A stretch of DNA of 54,393 nt, from NCBI GenBank assembly GCA_030531695.1, contig JAUNMV010000005.1:1-54393 (forward strand), read 5' to 3'. Source of the DNA: Bacilli bacterium (lineage in GTDB: Bacteria; Bacillota_I; Bacilli_A; RF39; UBA660). The notes beneath the pieces were generated by a model. That model was given only the letters and a program-made list of their open reading frames with translations. It was not told where the DNA came from and searched no databases. Numbering within the stretch: position 1 is the stretch's first letter; each line of letters starts with the position of its first letter. Made by a program: the position numbers and the translations under genes. Below, piece after piece: positions 26,709 through 37,946 of this stretch.

Positions 26709-28139
26709 TTAACCCAAATAAGTAATCTTAGCATAACCATTACTTTGATTACCAATCATTGTACCACTACCATCAAAAGTTGGCATACCAACTGTATCAG
26801 TTGAAGCACTAACCTCTGTATCTCCATCATGATATTTCCACTCTTTACCCATACCATCTATCATAGTTGTATTAGTAAAATAAATAGTAGAGTTATGAAT
26901 ACTACAATCTATATCTATTGTACCATCATCACATAATACACCATGTTTAGTTGGAAAGGTTATATTATCTTCTGTAGATGTTTCTTCTATCGCTACACAA
27001 CCTATATGACCTGATATATATGATGAACCTCCACCAGTAGAATAAACTCCACTTATACCTGTTGCTCCCTTAGATAATCCAACAAAGTATCCATTACCAC
27101 CACTAGGCTGCCATGCTCCTTGATATTTAGAATTACCAAAACTAGTACCAGTTGTTTGAGTCGCACCATCTGGTCCAACTCTTAATGTTGTTTTATAACT
27201 GTAAAAGTCTCCACCTTTATATCCATTTAGTCCTCCTGCAGCTCCTCCATAAGGCTCTCCAGAATCCCATGCATTAGTACCACCACTAGAACCTCCTCCA
27301 GCAGCTACCATTATTCTTGATTTTAAAGAATCAAAATTACTCCAAGAACCGCCAACTAACCTAACGTCAGTAGCGCCTCCACCATCTTTATGATAAACTT
27401 GTGAACCAAAATTAAAGCTTTCTCCTTGACCACCAACATACACATACAAAACATCATTCTTTTCTAAATGAATATTCCCAGAAGTATATCCACCACCAGA
27501 ACGACCATTAGAATATTGAGGACTGCCACTTGCACCCCAAAGCTCTACTTTATAAGAACCAGTATGTGGCGCTTTAAAAGTTTGAGGAGAACCTGCATAA
27601 TCATAAACCCATAAATCAGTATTATAGTCATTAGGTTGAATATATTTTAAAGATAAATTTATCTCTTTACTACTAATATTAATTAAATCAGATACATTAT
27701 GTTTATATTGATAAGAGACAAGAACCTTTTTCTTTGAACCAGCTCTAATTAAATCTCCAACAGCTATAGCACTACCATCATAATAATTATAATCATAAGT
27801 TAAATATTTTTTTTCATCATTAGTTAAAGTAGTCGCTATAATTTCATTTAATTGAGCATCAATAGTACCAGAATTTACTATTAAAAAAGTTGCAGAATAA
27901 TAGTCACCCGGTTTATCTAAATCTGCATTTATAGTTACAGTATCTTTATCATTATTAATTATAGGATTATTAACATTATTCACATTAGTCCCATATATAC
28001 TAGCAGATTCAAAATGCACATCAAAAGAAGCATTACTTATCGCAATACTACTACCTATACTTAAATTAGATGATAGTATCGCAAAACCAATACTTATAAA
28101 TAGTATAATTATGAAATATATATATTTACTTTTACGCAT
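26709..28139 (-). CDS. Secreted protein: TasA/CalY-like N-terminal domain plus glycine-rich (ALK/LTK-like) domain
   Basis: Signal ending SIGFA; LDKPGDY...IVNSGTIDAQL; YKVELWGASG, GGGATDVRL, RIMVAAGGG, GGGSSYISGH, GYAKITYLG. Confidence 0.7.
   Translation of the reverse strand: MRKSKYIYFIIILFISIGFAILSSNLSIGSSIAISNASFDVHFESASIYGTNVNNVNNPIINNDKDTVTINADLDKPGDYYSATFLIVNSGTIDAQLNEIIATTLTNDEKKYLTYDYNYYDGSAIAVGDLIRAGSKKKVLVSYQYKHNVSDLINISSKEINLSLKYIQPNDYNTDLWVYDYAGSPQTFKAPHTGSYKVELWGASGSPQYSNGRSGGGYTSGNIHLEKNDVLYVYVGGQGESFNFGSQVYHKDGGGATDVRLVGGSWSNFDSLKSRIMVAAGGGSSGGTNAWDSGEPYGGAAGGLNGYKGGDFYSYKTTLRVGPDGATQTTGTSFGNSKYQGAWQPSGGNGYFVGLSKGATGISGVYSTGGGSSYISGHIGCVAIEETSTEDNITFPTKHGVLCDDGTIDIDCSIHNSTIYFTNTTMIDGMGKEWKYHDGDTEVSASTDTVGMPTFDGSGTMIGNQSNGYAKITYLG
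28008..28073. repeat. 66-bp exact direct repeat, copy 1 (copy 2 at 29429-29494)
   Basis: ttcaaaatgcacatcaaaagaagcattacttatcgcaatactactacctatacttaaattagatga is identical in both paralogs. Confidence 0.9.
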
Positions 28140-28156
28140 ACTATCACCTTCTTTCT

Positions 28157-29572
28157 TTAACCTAAATATGTAATCTTAGCATACCCACTACCTGAATTAC
28201 CATTCATTGTACCAGTTCCATCATGTGTAGGCATACCAACTATTTCATTGCCTTTTACAGTAGTCCAGCTATAGCCTCCACCATCTATCATTACCGTATT
28301 AGTAAAGTATTTACCACTATAGTGATATGAGCACTTAATATCAGTAGTATCATCATCACATAAAATCTCATTTGTACCCAAACGAGGACTTCTATCATCA
28401 ATTGCTTTTATCGCAACACAACCAGTATGTCCTGATATATAGGAAGATCCTCCTCCACCTCCAGGATAATTAGATATTAAAGCACTACCAGCTCCACCCC
28501 AGTAGCCTCCTCCTCCACCAGCACAAGGACCACCAACACCAAAATTAGCAGTAGGAACAAGACCACAAGAATGTTTAGAAACACCAGCATGTGTTTGAGT
28601 AGCAGGATCATTCTTATAAGATTCATAACCTGTTAAATAAGCAACTCCACCTTTTAAACCACCACCATAGGCAGCTGGAAAAAGTACAGTAGTACCTCCA
28701 CCTCCACCAGCAACCATAATTCTAGAATTAAGTGATGTTGCATCTTTCCAATTAGCAGAAGCCACTATTCTAACATCAGTAGCTCCTCCTCCAGGATATC
28801 CACCAGCAGTAGCAGTTCCACCATTATAAGTAGTTACATTACTTTTAGAAGCATTTCTTTCTCCTACATAAACAAACAATGTATCTCCTTTAAGTAAATC
28901 AATTACTCCAGAAGTATAACCGCCTTTAGGTGCATTAGAATAACCACCTTGTGCTCCCCATAGTTCTATCTTATAAGAACCTGCACGAGGCGCTTTAAAT
29001 GTTTGATAAGTTTTTTCAAAATTATAAGTCCATATCTTATCATCATAATTATTAGGTTGAATATACTTTAAAGATAAACTAATATCCTTACTATCTATAT
29101 TAATAAAATTATCAATATCATATTTATACTGATAAGTAACAATTATAGCTTGCTTTTGTCCTGGTCTTAACATATCACCAACATTTATATTACCATGATA
29201 TAAATACTGATAAGAATAAACTAAATAATTAGATTCACTACTAGTTAAAGTTGTAGGTATAATTTCACTAAGTTCTGCATCTATTGTACCAGAGTTAACT
29301 ACATAAAAACTTATTTGAACATAATCTCCAGGCTTATCTAAATCTATATTCATTGTAACTGTATCACCATCACTATTAATAACTGGAACGCTAGGATTAT
29401 TAATATTAGTATTATAAATAGATACATCTTCAAAATGCACATCAAAAGAAGCATTACTTATCGCAATACTACTACCTATACTTAAATTAGATGAAAGAAT
29501 TGCAAAACCAATAGATAAAAATAATAAGATTATTAATGGTAAATATTTAATTCTTTTTCTCATTATTTTCAC
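28157..29572 (-). CDS. Tandem paralog: TasA/CalY-like N-terminal domain plus glycine-rich domain
   Basis: Same architecture: SIGFA, LDKPGDY...VVNSGTIDAEL, YKIELWGAQG, GGGATDVRI, GGGSSYISGH, GYAKITYLG. Confidence 0.7.
   Translation of the reverse strand: MKIMRKRIKYLPLIILLFLSIGFAILSSNLSIGSSIAISNASFDVHFEDVSIYNTNINNPSVPVINSDGDTVTMNIDLDKPGDYVQISFYVVNSGTIDAELSEIIPTTLTSSESNYLVYSYQYLYHGNINVGDMLRPGQKQAIIVTYQYKYDIDNFINIDSKDISLSLKYIQPNNYDDKIWTYNFEKTYQTFKAPRAGSYKIELWGAQGGYSNAPKGGYTSGVIDLLKGDTLFVYVGERNASKSNVTTYNGGTATAGGYPGGGATDVRIVASANWKDATSLNSRIMVAGGGGGTTVLFPAAYGGGLKGGVAYLTGYESYKNDPATQTHAGVSKHSCGLVPTANFGVGGPCAGGGGGYWGGAGSALISNYPGGGGGSSYISGHTGCVAIKAIDDRSPRLGTNEILCDDDTTDIKCSYHYSGKYFTNTVMIDGGGYSWTTVKGNEIVGMPTHDGTGTMNGNSGSGYAKITYLG
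29429..29494. repeat. 66-bp exact direct repeat, copy 2
   Basis: Identical to 28008-28073. Confidence 0.9.
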
Positions 29573-29596
29573 CTACCTTATCTATTTAATCATAAC

Positions 29597-29624
29597 AAAA
29601 AAAAGAGACTTTGTTAAGTCTCTT
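29597..29624 (-). terminator. Intrinsic terminator
   Basis: aagagact-ttgtta-agtctctt hairpin with flanking A-tract. Confidence 0.7.
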
Positions 29625-29626
29625 AA

Positions 29627-30463
29627 TTACTCTCCAAGCTTATATCCAACAGTAGAACCTATAACAAATAATACTATTCCAAATATTAATTCTGCTATTG
29701 AAGCATGAGCTCCAACTACTGTTACAGAAAGTACTATAACACTAGCAACTATAAATCCTAATATTGCATAATATGTAGATACTTCATATTTACTAAATAA
29801 ATATTCAAGTATTTTAGCAATTACAATTATACCTACAACTACTCCTATTCCAAAAGGAATTAATATAGTCATATTATGTCCTAAATTAGAGAAATTAGTT
29901 AAGTCTCCAATTACAGATATTATTGGTTGATATGCACCTAATAACATAAGTACAAATGAACCACTAATTCCAGGTATAACCATACATCCAGCAGCTATCA
30001 TACCAATAATAAATAATAATATCATTTTACCAAATGTAATATTAGTTAAATCTATATTACTTCCACCACCATCAGAGAATGTCATAAACATAATGATAGA
30101 AAATGTAAGTAATAGTAAGAATGCATTTACTGGATTAAATTTAGCATTCTTAACTTTTTTAGTAAGTAAAGGTATTCCTCCTACTATTAAACCTATAAAG
30201 AATAGATTTGTTGAAGCAGGAAACTTATCTAAACAAAAGCTTATTACTTTACTCATTAAAAGTATTGATAATACTGCTCCTATTCCAATAGGCATTAAAT
30301 ACATAATACTTTTCTTTGGATTTTTAAAAAATCCTGATATAGAAGATATCATATCTTCATATATACCCATAGTTATAGCAATAGTTCCTCCACTAACTCC
30401 AGGAATAATATTTGCTAAACCAAAGAAGAACCCCTTAATTACATATAATAATTTATCCTTCAT
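29627..30463 (-). CDS. DUF368 family membrane protein (undecaprenyl-phosphate translocase type)
   Basis: KGFFFGLANIIPGVSGGTIAI..GIY and second repeat MVIPGISGSFVLMLLG.Y; ATG 30463 after GGAG. Confidence 0.88.
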   Translation of the reverse strand: MKDKLLYVIKGFFFGLANIIPGVSGGTIAITMGIYEDMISSISGFFKNPKKSIMYLMPIGIGAVLSILLMSKVISFCLDKFPASTNLFFIGLIVGGIPLLTKKVKNAKFNPVNAFLLLLTFSIIMFMTFSDGGGSNIDLTNITFGKMILLFIIGMIAAGCMVIPGISGSFVLMLLGAYQPIISVIGDLTNFSNLGHNMTILIPFGIGVVVGIIVIAKILEYLFSKYEVSTYYAILGFIVASVIVLSVTVVGAHASIAELIFGIVLFVIGSTVGYKLGE

Positions 30464-30476
30464 CTTTACTCCTTTT

Positions 30477-32093
30477 TTATTCAAATGTTGGCATAATTAC
30501 TGGAACAACATTTTTCTTACGAGATACACAACCTTCTACGAAGAATCCTTCTTCTACTTTATGATCATCGTAAGCAATCTTCATATTCTCTTCACCTTTT
30601 TTACTATATAATACGTAACTACCATTTTCAATAATATCAGTAATATATAAACACATTAGAGAACATCCATTTTGTTCACATTCTTTATTTAATACTTCAA
30701 CATATTCATCAATATCTTTCTTCATTTCATCAAAGTTCATAGTAAAGAATTGACCTATACCAAATTTATGTTCACCAGCAGTAAAGTATTTAAAATCATT
30801 GTATAGAACTTGTTCTTTAGTCATTCCTTCTACTGAAGTACCAGCTTTTAACATATCCATACCATATTTTTTATAATCAACATTAGCTATTTCTGCTAAT
30901 TCTTTTATAGCAACTTCATCCATTGCAGTAGCAGTAGGACTCTTTAATATTAATGTATCTGATAATACACCAGAAAGTAATGCTCCTGCTATATTCTTAG
31001 GTATCTTAACACCTTTTTCTTTAAATAGTGTATAAACTATTGTACAAGATGAACCAACAGCCATATTTCTATAATTAATAGGTTGTGTAGTACTTAAAGT
31101 ACTTAAAGCATGGTGATCAACTATTTCTACAATACTTGCTTCATTAATACCTTCAGCACTTTGTAATGGTTCATTATGGTCTACTAAAATAACTTTCTTA
31201 GGGTCTTTAGAATTAACATCTCTCATTCTAAGTAATCCTAAACATTTATTATTCTTATCTACAATAGGATAATTAGTATGTTTTAACTTCTCATTTATTT
31301 CCATAACACTTGTAATGAAATCATTTTCTTCAAATGTAGTTGGTTCAAATGTTCTAATCATTGTCTTAATATAATTACATAATCCAATTAACTTAGCTAT
31401 ATGATATGAATCATATGGAGTTCTAATAACATTAATCTTATTCTTCTTAGCTAATTTTAAATGTTCTTCTTTAATTTCAGAATCACCAGATAAAATTAAT
31501 AGTTTAATTTTCTTATTAACGGCATGTTCAATTACGCTATGTCTATCTCCAACTATTAATACAGTATCATGACTTAATTCTACTTTACTAATAAATGTAG
31601 TAGATCTATAAGCAGCTACTAATAATTTACCTACTATTTGCTCATCTACTTTATTTAAGATTTCTCCCTTTAATACTTTTACAATATTATCATATGAAGT
31701 ATATAAGTCTTCTACATTCTCATTAATAATTACACGAGATAAATCTTTTAATGTAATTAATCCTAATAATGTATCATCATCTTTAACTACAGGAAGACCT
31801 GTTAATTCTTCTTGTAACATATATTGGTATCCATCATATATACTAGCATTTTGATGAATCTTTAAACCTTTACCATACTTAACATCACTTACTTGTAATT
31901 TAACATCATTTAAATAAGCAGGTGTATCTAATTTAAAATATTTTAAAGCATAAGCAGTTTCTTTATTAACTTCACCTAATGCTCTAGCTTCTGTATCCTC
32001 TCCTAATTTGTTTTTTAAATAAGAAAGACCAATCGCAGACATTATCGCATCTGAATCCGGTTTCTTATGTCCAAATATAAATGTTTTACTCAT
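30477..32093 (-). CDS. ppaC: Mn-dependent family II inorganic pyrophosphatase with CBS and DRTGG domains
   Basis: FGHKKPDSD, IVGDR, LVDHNE..QS, VDHH, SDTL..KSPT, SRKK. Confidence 0.92.
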   Translation of the reverse strand: MSKTFIFGHKKPDSDAIMSAIGLSYLKNKLGEDTEARALGEVNKETAYALKYFKLDTPAYLNDVKLQVSDVKYGKGLKIHQNASIYDGYQYMLQEELTGLPVVKDDDTLLGLITLKDLSRVIINENVEDLYTSYDNIVKVLKGEILNKVDEQIVGKLLVAAYRSTTFISKVELSHDTVLIVGDRHSVIEHAVNKKIKLLILSGDSEIKEEHLKLAKKNKINVIRTPYDSYHIAKLIGLCNYIKTMIRTFEPTTFEENDFITSVMEINEKLKHTNYPIVDKNNKCLGLLRMRDVNSKDPKKVILVDHNEPLQSAEGINEASIVEIVDHHALSTLSTTQPINYRNMAVGSSCTIVYTLFKEKGVKIPKNIAGALLSGVLSDTLILKSPTATAMDEVAIKELAEIANVDYKKYGMDMLKAGTSVEGMTKEQVLYNDFKYFTAGEHKFGIGQFFTMNFDEMKKDIDEYVEVLNKECEQNGCSLMCLYITDIIENGSYVLYSKKGEENMKIAYDDHKVEEGFFVEGCVSRKKNVVPVIMPTFE

Positions 32094-32182
32094 GTGGTTT
32101 CCCTTCTTTCTACGTGAAATTATACCATATTATGATAATAAAAAAAAGAGAAATCTCTCTTTTTCATTGATATAGTTAAGTT

Positions 32183-32677
32183 TTATTTAAAAATATTAAT
32201 TATTAGTACAAATATAAATGATACTGCAGTACTAATACTTTTCTTAGTACAAACAACCCTTTCATATACTGCAGATATATCATCTATTATATCCACTATC
32301 CAACTTTCTAAATACTTAGGAGGAATAAATGTAACTGGAAACATATGAGTTTTAATTATATCTTCCTGCATTGGACTTAATCGATAATACTTTAAAGAGT
32401 TATTTAAAGCTATAGTTGGATGTTTAATAAGTCTTATAATCATATTCTTATCTTGTACTTCATCAGTAAAGAAATCATGTAATAATGCAGCTTCAGTTAC
32501 TTGTATATAATCTAATCCTAATAACTTACATACTTTATAAGAATAATATGCTACTCTTAATGAATGATCTAATCTAGTAATACCATGATGTTTAATAGTA
32601 TCTAACTTCATAAATTCATCATTATTAAGAATACCACTAATTATATATAAAAATTCTTCATCACTATAGTTATTCAT
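32183..32677 (-). CDS. HD-domain phosphohydrolase
   Basis: HHGITRLDHSLRVA, ALLHDFF, HP, IIKTHMFP, ESWIV...D. Confidence 0.85.
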   Translation of the reverse strand: MNNYSDEEFLYIISGILNNDEFMKLDTIKHHGITRLDHSLRVAYYSYKVCKLLGLDYIQVTEAALLHDFFTDEVQDKNMIIRLIKHPTIALNNSLKYYRLSPMQEDIIKTHMFPVTFIPPKYLESWIVDIIDDISAVYERVVCTKKSISTAVSFIFVLIINIFK

Positions 32678-32760
32678 TATGTTTCTCCTTTGTACAATGC
32701 AAGTCTATAGTAACATTTTTATTATTTACAATTCAACCAAATAAAAAGACCTTTACAAAA

Positions 32761-34077
32761 TTATACAAGGTCTTCTAATATCTTATCTAATTCCATAGCT
32801 TCTTCATCACTAATATCATCTTTAGTCTCTTTATCAAACCATGCAGGAGTATCACTATTCTTATTCTTAGGAACATAATTAGGTTTATTACCTTTATCTT
32901 CAGTAATCATTTTCTTATTAGCTTTATGATTCTTTTCAGTAATATTCATAGCTTCTTCTACAGTTTGTATATTAAGTCTTTTCCATTGACCAGCTATAGT
33001 CTCAACATAACTCTTTTTTAATTGTTCATTATTTATTTTTAATACATAAGCTATTAATACATTAACTACTCCCGGAGCAAACTTCTGATCTACTAATAAA
33101 TTCTCTATTAATCTCTTATCTCTATTAGTAGGTTCAGCTCCTTTATATTTAGCTTTTAAGAACTGATATGGAGTTAAATTTTCAAAAGCATATACAAGTC
33201 TACCTCTCTTACTATTATCTCCATCAGGGCTCTTTAAATAAGATGGTTGCTTATTATAAATAAGTGTTGGCAAGTTACCATTATTTTCAAATTGATAATA
33301 GTCTCTACAACTCTTTCTTAATTTATTCTTATCAATTAATCCCTTCTCATTAATAGAATCCATAACTAATCCTTGCATATCCATAGTCTTAAGATTATAA
33401 GTAAAACTTAAAGCATTAATTAACTCTTTAGTCTCTTCATTAAAACACTTATCATTAATAGATGCCTCAGGTATACTAGAAATTAATTGATTAAAATCAA
33501 TCCCCTTAGAAATAATAATATTATTAGTTTCCTTCTTCTCTATATCTTCATTTAATTCTAATACATTACCTCTTACAGAAGAAAATACTTCATCAAAAGA
33601 AGCAGTTACTTCTTCATAATCTTTTAATACTACTCGAGGTATCTTATAGAAATTAATTAATTTATCATATTCTTTTTTACCCAAATTATTATATAAAACA
33701 ATATTTAATATAGGATGATTAAAAAAATCATAAGCAGAAATAGGAGAAAATAATAAATAAGCAAAGTTATTAACACTACCCTTTTTAACATAAGTCTTTA
33801 ATAAACCTACTGCTTCTAACTTCTCTCTAGCTATAACTATATCTTCTAACTTTAATTGCATAGTAGACATTAAATGATGATGAGTTAACTCTTCACTCAT
33901 AATCTCTAATTTATCTAAATCATCTACTAAAGTAAAATATAGTGACACTGCCGCAAAACCTATAATAGGTTGATATAACATACTAATTATTCTTAAATCA
34001 CTATCATTTATCACAGTCTTATTTAAAACAGTATAAGTATCTGCAGGTAAAATTGTTAAATTAGACATATACATCAC
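32761..34077 (-). CDS. dnaB: Replication initiation and membrane attachment protein DnaB (Bacillota-type helicase co-loader)
   Basis: LYQPIIG..AVSLY, AREKLEAVGLLKTY, GVVNVLI.YVL, YVETIAGQW, PAWF. Confidence 0.85.
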   Translation of the reverse strand: MMYMSNLTILPADTYTVLNKTVINDSDLRIISMLYQPIIGFAAVSLYFTLVDDLDKLEIMSEELTHHHLMSTMQLKLEDIVIAREKLEAVGLLKTYVKKGSVNNFAYLLFSPISAYDFFNHPILNIVLYNNLGKKEYDKLINFYKIPRVVLKDYEEVTASFDEVFSSVRGNVLELNEDIEKKETNNIIISKGIDFNQLISSIPEASINDKCFNEETKELINALSFTYNLKTMDMQGLVMDSINEKGLIDKNKLRKSCRDYYQFENNGNLPTLIYNKQPSYLKSPDGDNSKRGRLVYAFENLTPYQFLKAKYKGAEPTNRDKRLIENLLVDQKFAPGVVNVLIAYVLKINNEQLKKSYVETIAGQWKRLNIQTVEEAMNITEKNHKANKKMITEDKGNKPNYVPKNKNSDTPAWFDKETKDDISDEEAMELDKILEDLV

Positions 34078-34113
34078 CTGTCTATATAATACAAGAAAAT
34101 GTAATAAAATACA

Positions 34114-34141
34114 AAGAAAAAAGATACTAAATTTAGTATCT
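34114..34141 (-). terminator. Intrinsic terminator
   Basis: agatactaa-at-ttagtatct hairpin with flanking A-tract. Confidence 0.6.
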
Positions 34142-34910
34142 AAAATCTAATCATATTAATTATCATATTAACATCAATATTAGTAAAATATAGAAGTAAT
34201 AAAGACATTAATAAGAATGGTCCAAAAGGAATTATACTTTCTTTTTTAGTATACATTACTATTAATGATACTGGTAATGCTATACAACTACTTACAAATA
34301 TTGATACTAATCCAATTATTGGTCCTAATATTAATCCAAAGGTAAACATCATTTTAATGTCTCCTCCACCTAAAGATTCTTTCTTTAGTAATACATTCCC
34401 AATAATCATAACTGCATACATTACTAAGAATAAGAATATACCAGAAGCTACATGTAATAACATTCCACTTAATCCATCTTTAAATAAATAGATAAGTATT
34501 AATATACAATTTATTCCAATTAATACCTCATCTGAAATAATATAATATGTAAAATCACTTACTATTACTATCATAAATATAGATATAATAGTCCATGCAA
34601 TTAATAAGTCATAGCTTAATCCAAATACATAATAAGCAAATGTAAATAGTAAACCAGTAGCTAATTCATTAAATAATTCTAGTCTATCTAATTTACAATT
34701 ACACATTGAACATCTACCAAAACATAAGAAGTAAGAAAGGAGTGGCACTCTTTCATACCACTCATATTGATAACCACAATGAGGACATTTTTCTTTAGTA
34801 AATACTCTTTCTTCATTTGGTAAATGTTTACCTATCTTATTAAATAAAGCACCTAATGCTACACCTATTCCAAAGAACAATAACATATAAGATAAAGTCA
34901 TATTAATCAC
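34140..34910 (-). CDS. Prepilin peptidase (PilD/ComC-like)
   Basis: CPHC, PLLSY...GRCSMC, SDF..YIISD, LGGGDIK, IPFGPFL. Confidence 0.92.
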   Translation of the reverse strand: MINMTLSYMLLFFGIGVALGALFNKIGKHLPNEERVFTKEKCPHCGYQYEWYERVPLLSYFLCFGRCSMCNCKLDRLELFNELATGLLFTFAYYVFGLSYDLLIAWTIISIFMIVIVSDFTYYIISDEVLIGINCILILIYLFKDGLSGMLLHVASGIFLFLVMYAVMIIGNVLLKKESLGGGDIKMMFTFGLILGPIIGLVSIFVSSCIALPVSLIVMYTKKESIIPFGPFLLMSLLLLYFTNIDVNMIINMIRF

Positions 34911-36419
34911 CTATTGTACTGCAGAGTAAATTGAGAACATTGGTTGAACAATTGAAATTAAGATAACACCAACTACTCCAGCAAGGAATACGATTAGTAA
35001 TGGTTCAATTAAACTCTTCATTTGATCAATTATATTCTTATGTAACATCTGGAAGTGTGAAGCAACTTTCTCCATCATTTGACCTAATTGACCAGTAGAT
35101 TCACCAGTAACAATCATTTCATATGCAACTACAGGAATTGCCCACTCACCTTTAAAGGCACTAGAGATTGTATCTCCTTTACCTAGATTAACAAGTGTTT
35201 TATTAATAATTCTTATATATACTTCATTTGTTGTAATCTTAGAAAGTATTTCCATAGAGTCTGTAATAAATACTCCGTGATTAATAAGTGAAGCAAATGT
35301 CTTAGTAAAGTTAGCTATTTCATTATAAACAATGATATTTCCAAATACAGGTAAATGCATCATTACAATTTGAACAGCAGTTCTAAAACTCTTAACTTTC
35401 TTATATAGATACATAAATGAACCTACAAACAATAATGCTCCAATTATTAAGATTAAATAATTCTTTTGAATAAATTGCGAAATATTAAGTATTGTTTGAG
35501 TTAATGCAGGAAGTGAAGCTCCTTGTTCTTCAAACATTGAAGAGAACTGTGGAACTAAGTATGTTAACATGAAGATTAAAACAGCAAATGCAAGTGATAA
35601 TACAACTAACGGATAAGTCATCGCACTCTTCATTTGTTTCTTAGTATTTTCCATAGATGTATAGTATTCAGCCATATCATCTAGAATAGAAGCTAAGTCA
35701 CCAGTCATTTCAGCTGTTCTAATCATGTTTATTAATAACTTAGGGAAAATATCACCTTGAGCTTGTAATGCGTCCGAGAAATTTTCACCTTTTAATAATT
35801 CATAAACTACTTGATAAAATTGTTTTTTCAACTCTTTCTTAGTTGATTGTTTTGCTAAAATCTTAACAGAGTCAACTAATGGGATACCTGCTCTAATATA
35901 TGTAGATAATTGAGTTAAAGCAAATGATAATTCACCAGCTTTAATCTTATTACCAATATTAATATCGATATCACCTTTACTACGAGGTTGAACATCTAAT
36001 ACTTCAAACCCTAATTGACCTAAGAAACTCTTTGCATCTTCTAAAGACTCACACTTTACAGTAGAAGTTTGTTTCTTACCATTGTCAGTTAAAATAGTAT
36101 ATTTAAAACCAATAAGAGGAGGTCTTACTTTCTTCTCTTTTTGGTTAATATTAGTTTGTAAATTTGCTAACTCATCGTTTACTGGAGCAGGTTGTGCTGC
36201 AGGCGCAACAGGTGCATCCAAATTTTGTTGAGGAGCTTGCTCAACATAACTAACATTATTTGCTAAAGCTTGATTTTCCTTCTCCGCTTTCTTTAATTCA
36301 GTCTTATCCTTAGCCTCTAATACCTTATCTCCTGTTTTGTTTAATAAATTCTTAGGAGCAGTAAAAACTTTTTTTACTCCACGATATATATATACGAACG
36401 GCATCATTAACTTATCCAT
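34911..36419 (-). CDS. Type IV pilus/T2SS platform protein (PilC/GspF family) with N-terminal extension
   Basis: QLSTYIRAGIPL, AEMTGDL, SAMTYP, GESTGQL, LIEPLLIV, PMFSIY. Confidence 0.9.
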   Translation of the reverse strand: MDKLMMPFVYIYRGVKKVFTAPKNLLNKTGDKVLEAKDKTELKKAEKENQALANNVSYVEQAPQQNLDAPVAPAAQPAPVNDELANLQTNINQKEKKVRPPLIGFKYTILTDNGKKQTSTVKCESLEDAKSFLGQLGFEVLDVQPRSKGDIDINIGNKIKAGELSFALTQLSTYIRAGIPLVDSVKILAKQSTKKELKKQFYQVVYELLKGENFSDALQAQGDIFPKLLINMIRTAEMTGDLASILDDMAEYYTSMENTKKQMKSAMTYPLVVLSLAFAVLIFMLTYLVPQFSSMFEEQGASLPALTQTILNISQFIQKNYLILIIGALLFVGSFMYLYKKVKSFRTAVQIVMMHLPVFGNIIVYNEIANFTKTFASLINHGVFITDSMEILSKITTNEVYIRIINKTLVNLGKGDTISSAFKGEWAIPVVAYEMIVTGESTGQLGQMMEKVASHFQMLHKNIIDQMKSLIEPLLIVFLAGVVGVILISIVQPMFSIYSAVQ

Positions 36420-36532
36420 ACTCTAGTGCCTCCTTATTATTCTATTTTATTGTAGCATACCCACAAATTTTTTTAAATATTATTTTAACTTTTTAATGCT
36501 TTTTACATAGAATAAATTAAAGAGGTGTTTTT

Positions 36533-36790
36533 ATGTATCCCAGTCCTTATTTAAAACCCAGTATATTTACTACTCTAAAAAATATTGGTTGGAGTAATCT
36601 ACTAGATGGAACTCAAAAAACATTAGGAGTAATAAATCAAGCTATACCCATAGTTTATCAAGTAAAACCAGTAGTTTCTAATATGCGTAGTATCTTTAAA
36701 ATAGCTAATGCAATTAATACTCCAGATACTCCAAATACTAATAATAAACAAATAACTCAAAGTACAAATAAACCAGTTTTTTACATATAA
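36533..36790 (+). CDS. VrrA/YqfQ-family protein
   Basis: LDGTQKTLGVINQAIPIVYQVKPVVSN and terminal PVFYI match the YqfQ pattern; GAGGTG SD; CATAGAAT upstream. Confidence 0.7.
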   Translation: MYPSPYLKPSIFTTLKNIGWSNLLDGTQKTLGVINQAIPIVYQVKPVVSNMRSIFKIANAINTPDTPNTNNKQITQSTNKPVFYI

Positions 36791-36803
36791 AAAAAATAAG
36801 AAA

Positions 36804-37946
<1,143 letters not shown>

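Noticed and set aside
26709-29572. Possible diversity-generating retroelement (similar C-termini in tandem genes)
   Set aside because: Differences are ordinary synonymous changes not restricted to adenines; no reverse transcriptase or non-coding template repeat is in the window.
30093-30611. 172-aa plus-strand ORF
   Set aside because: Antisense shadow of the DUF368 gene and ppaC.
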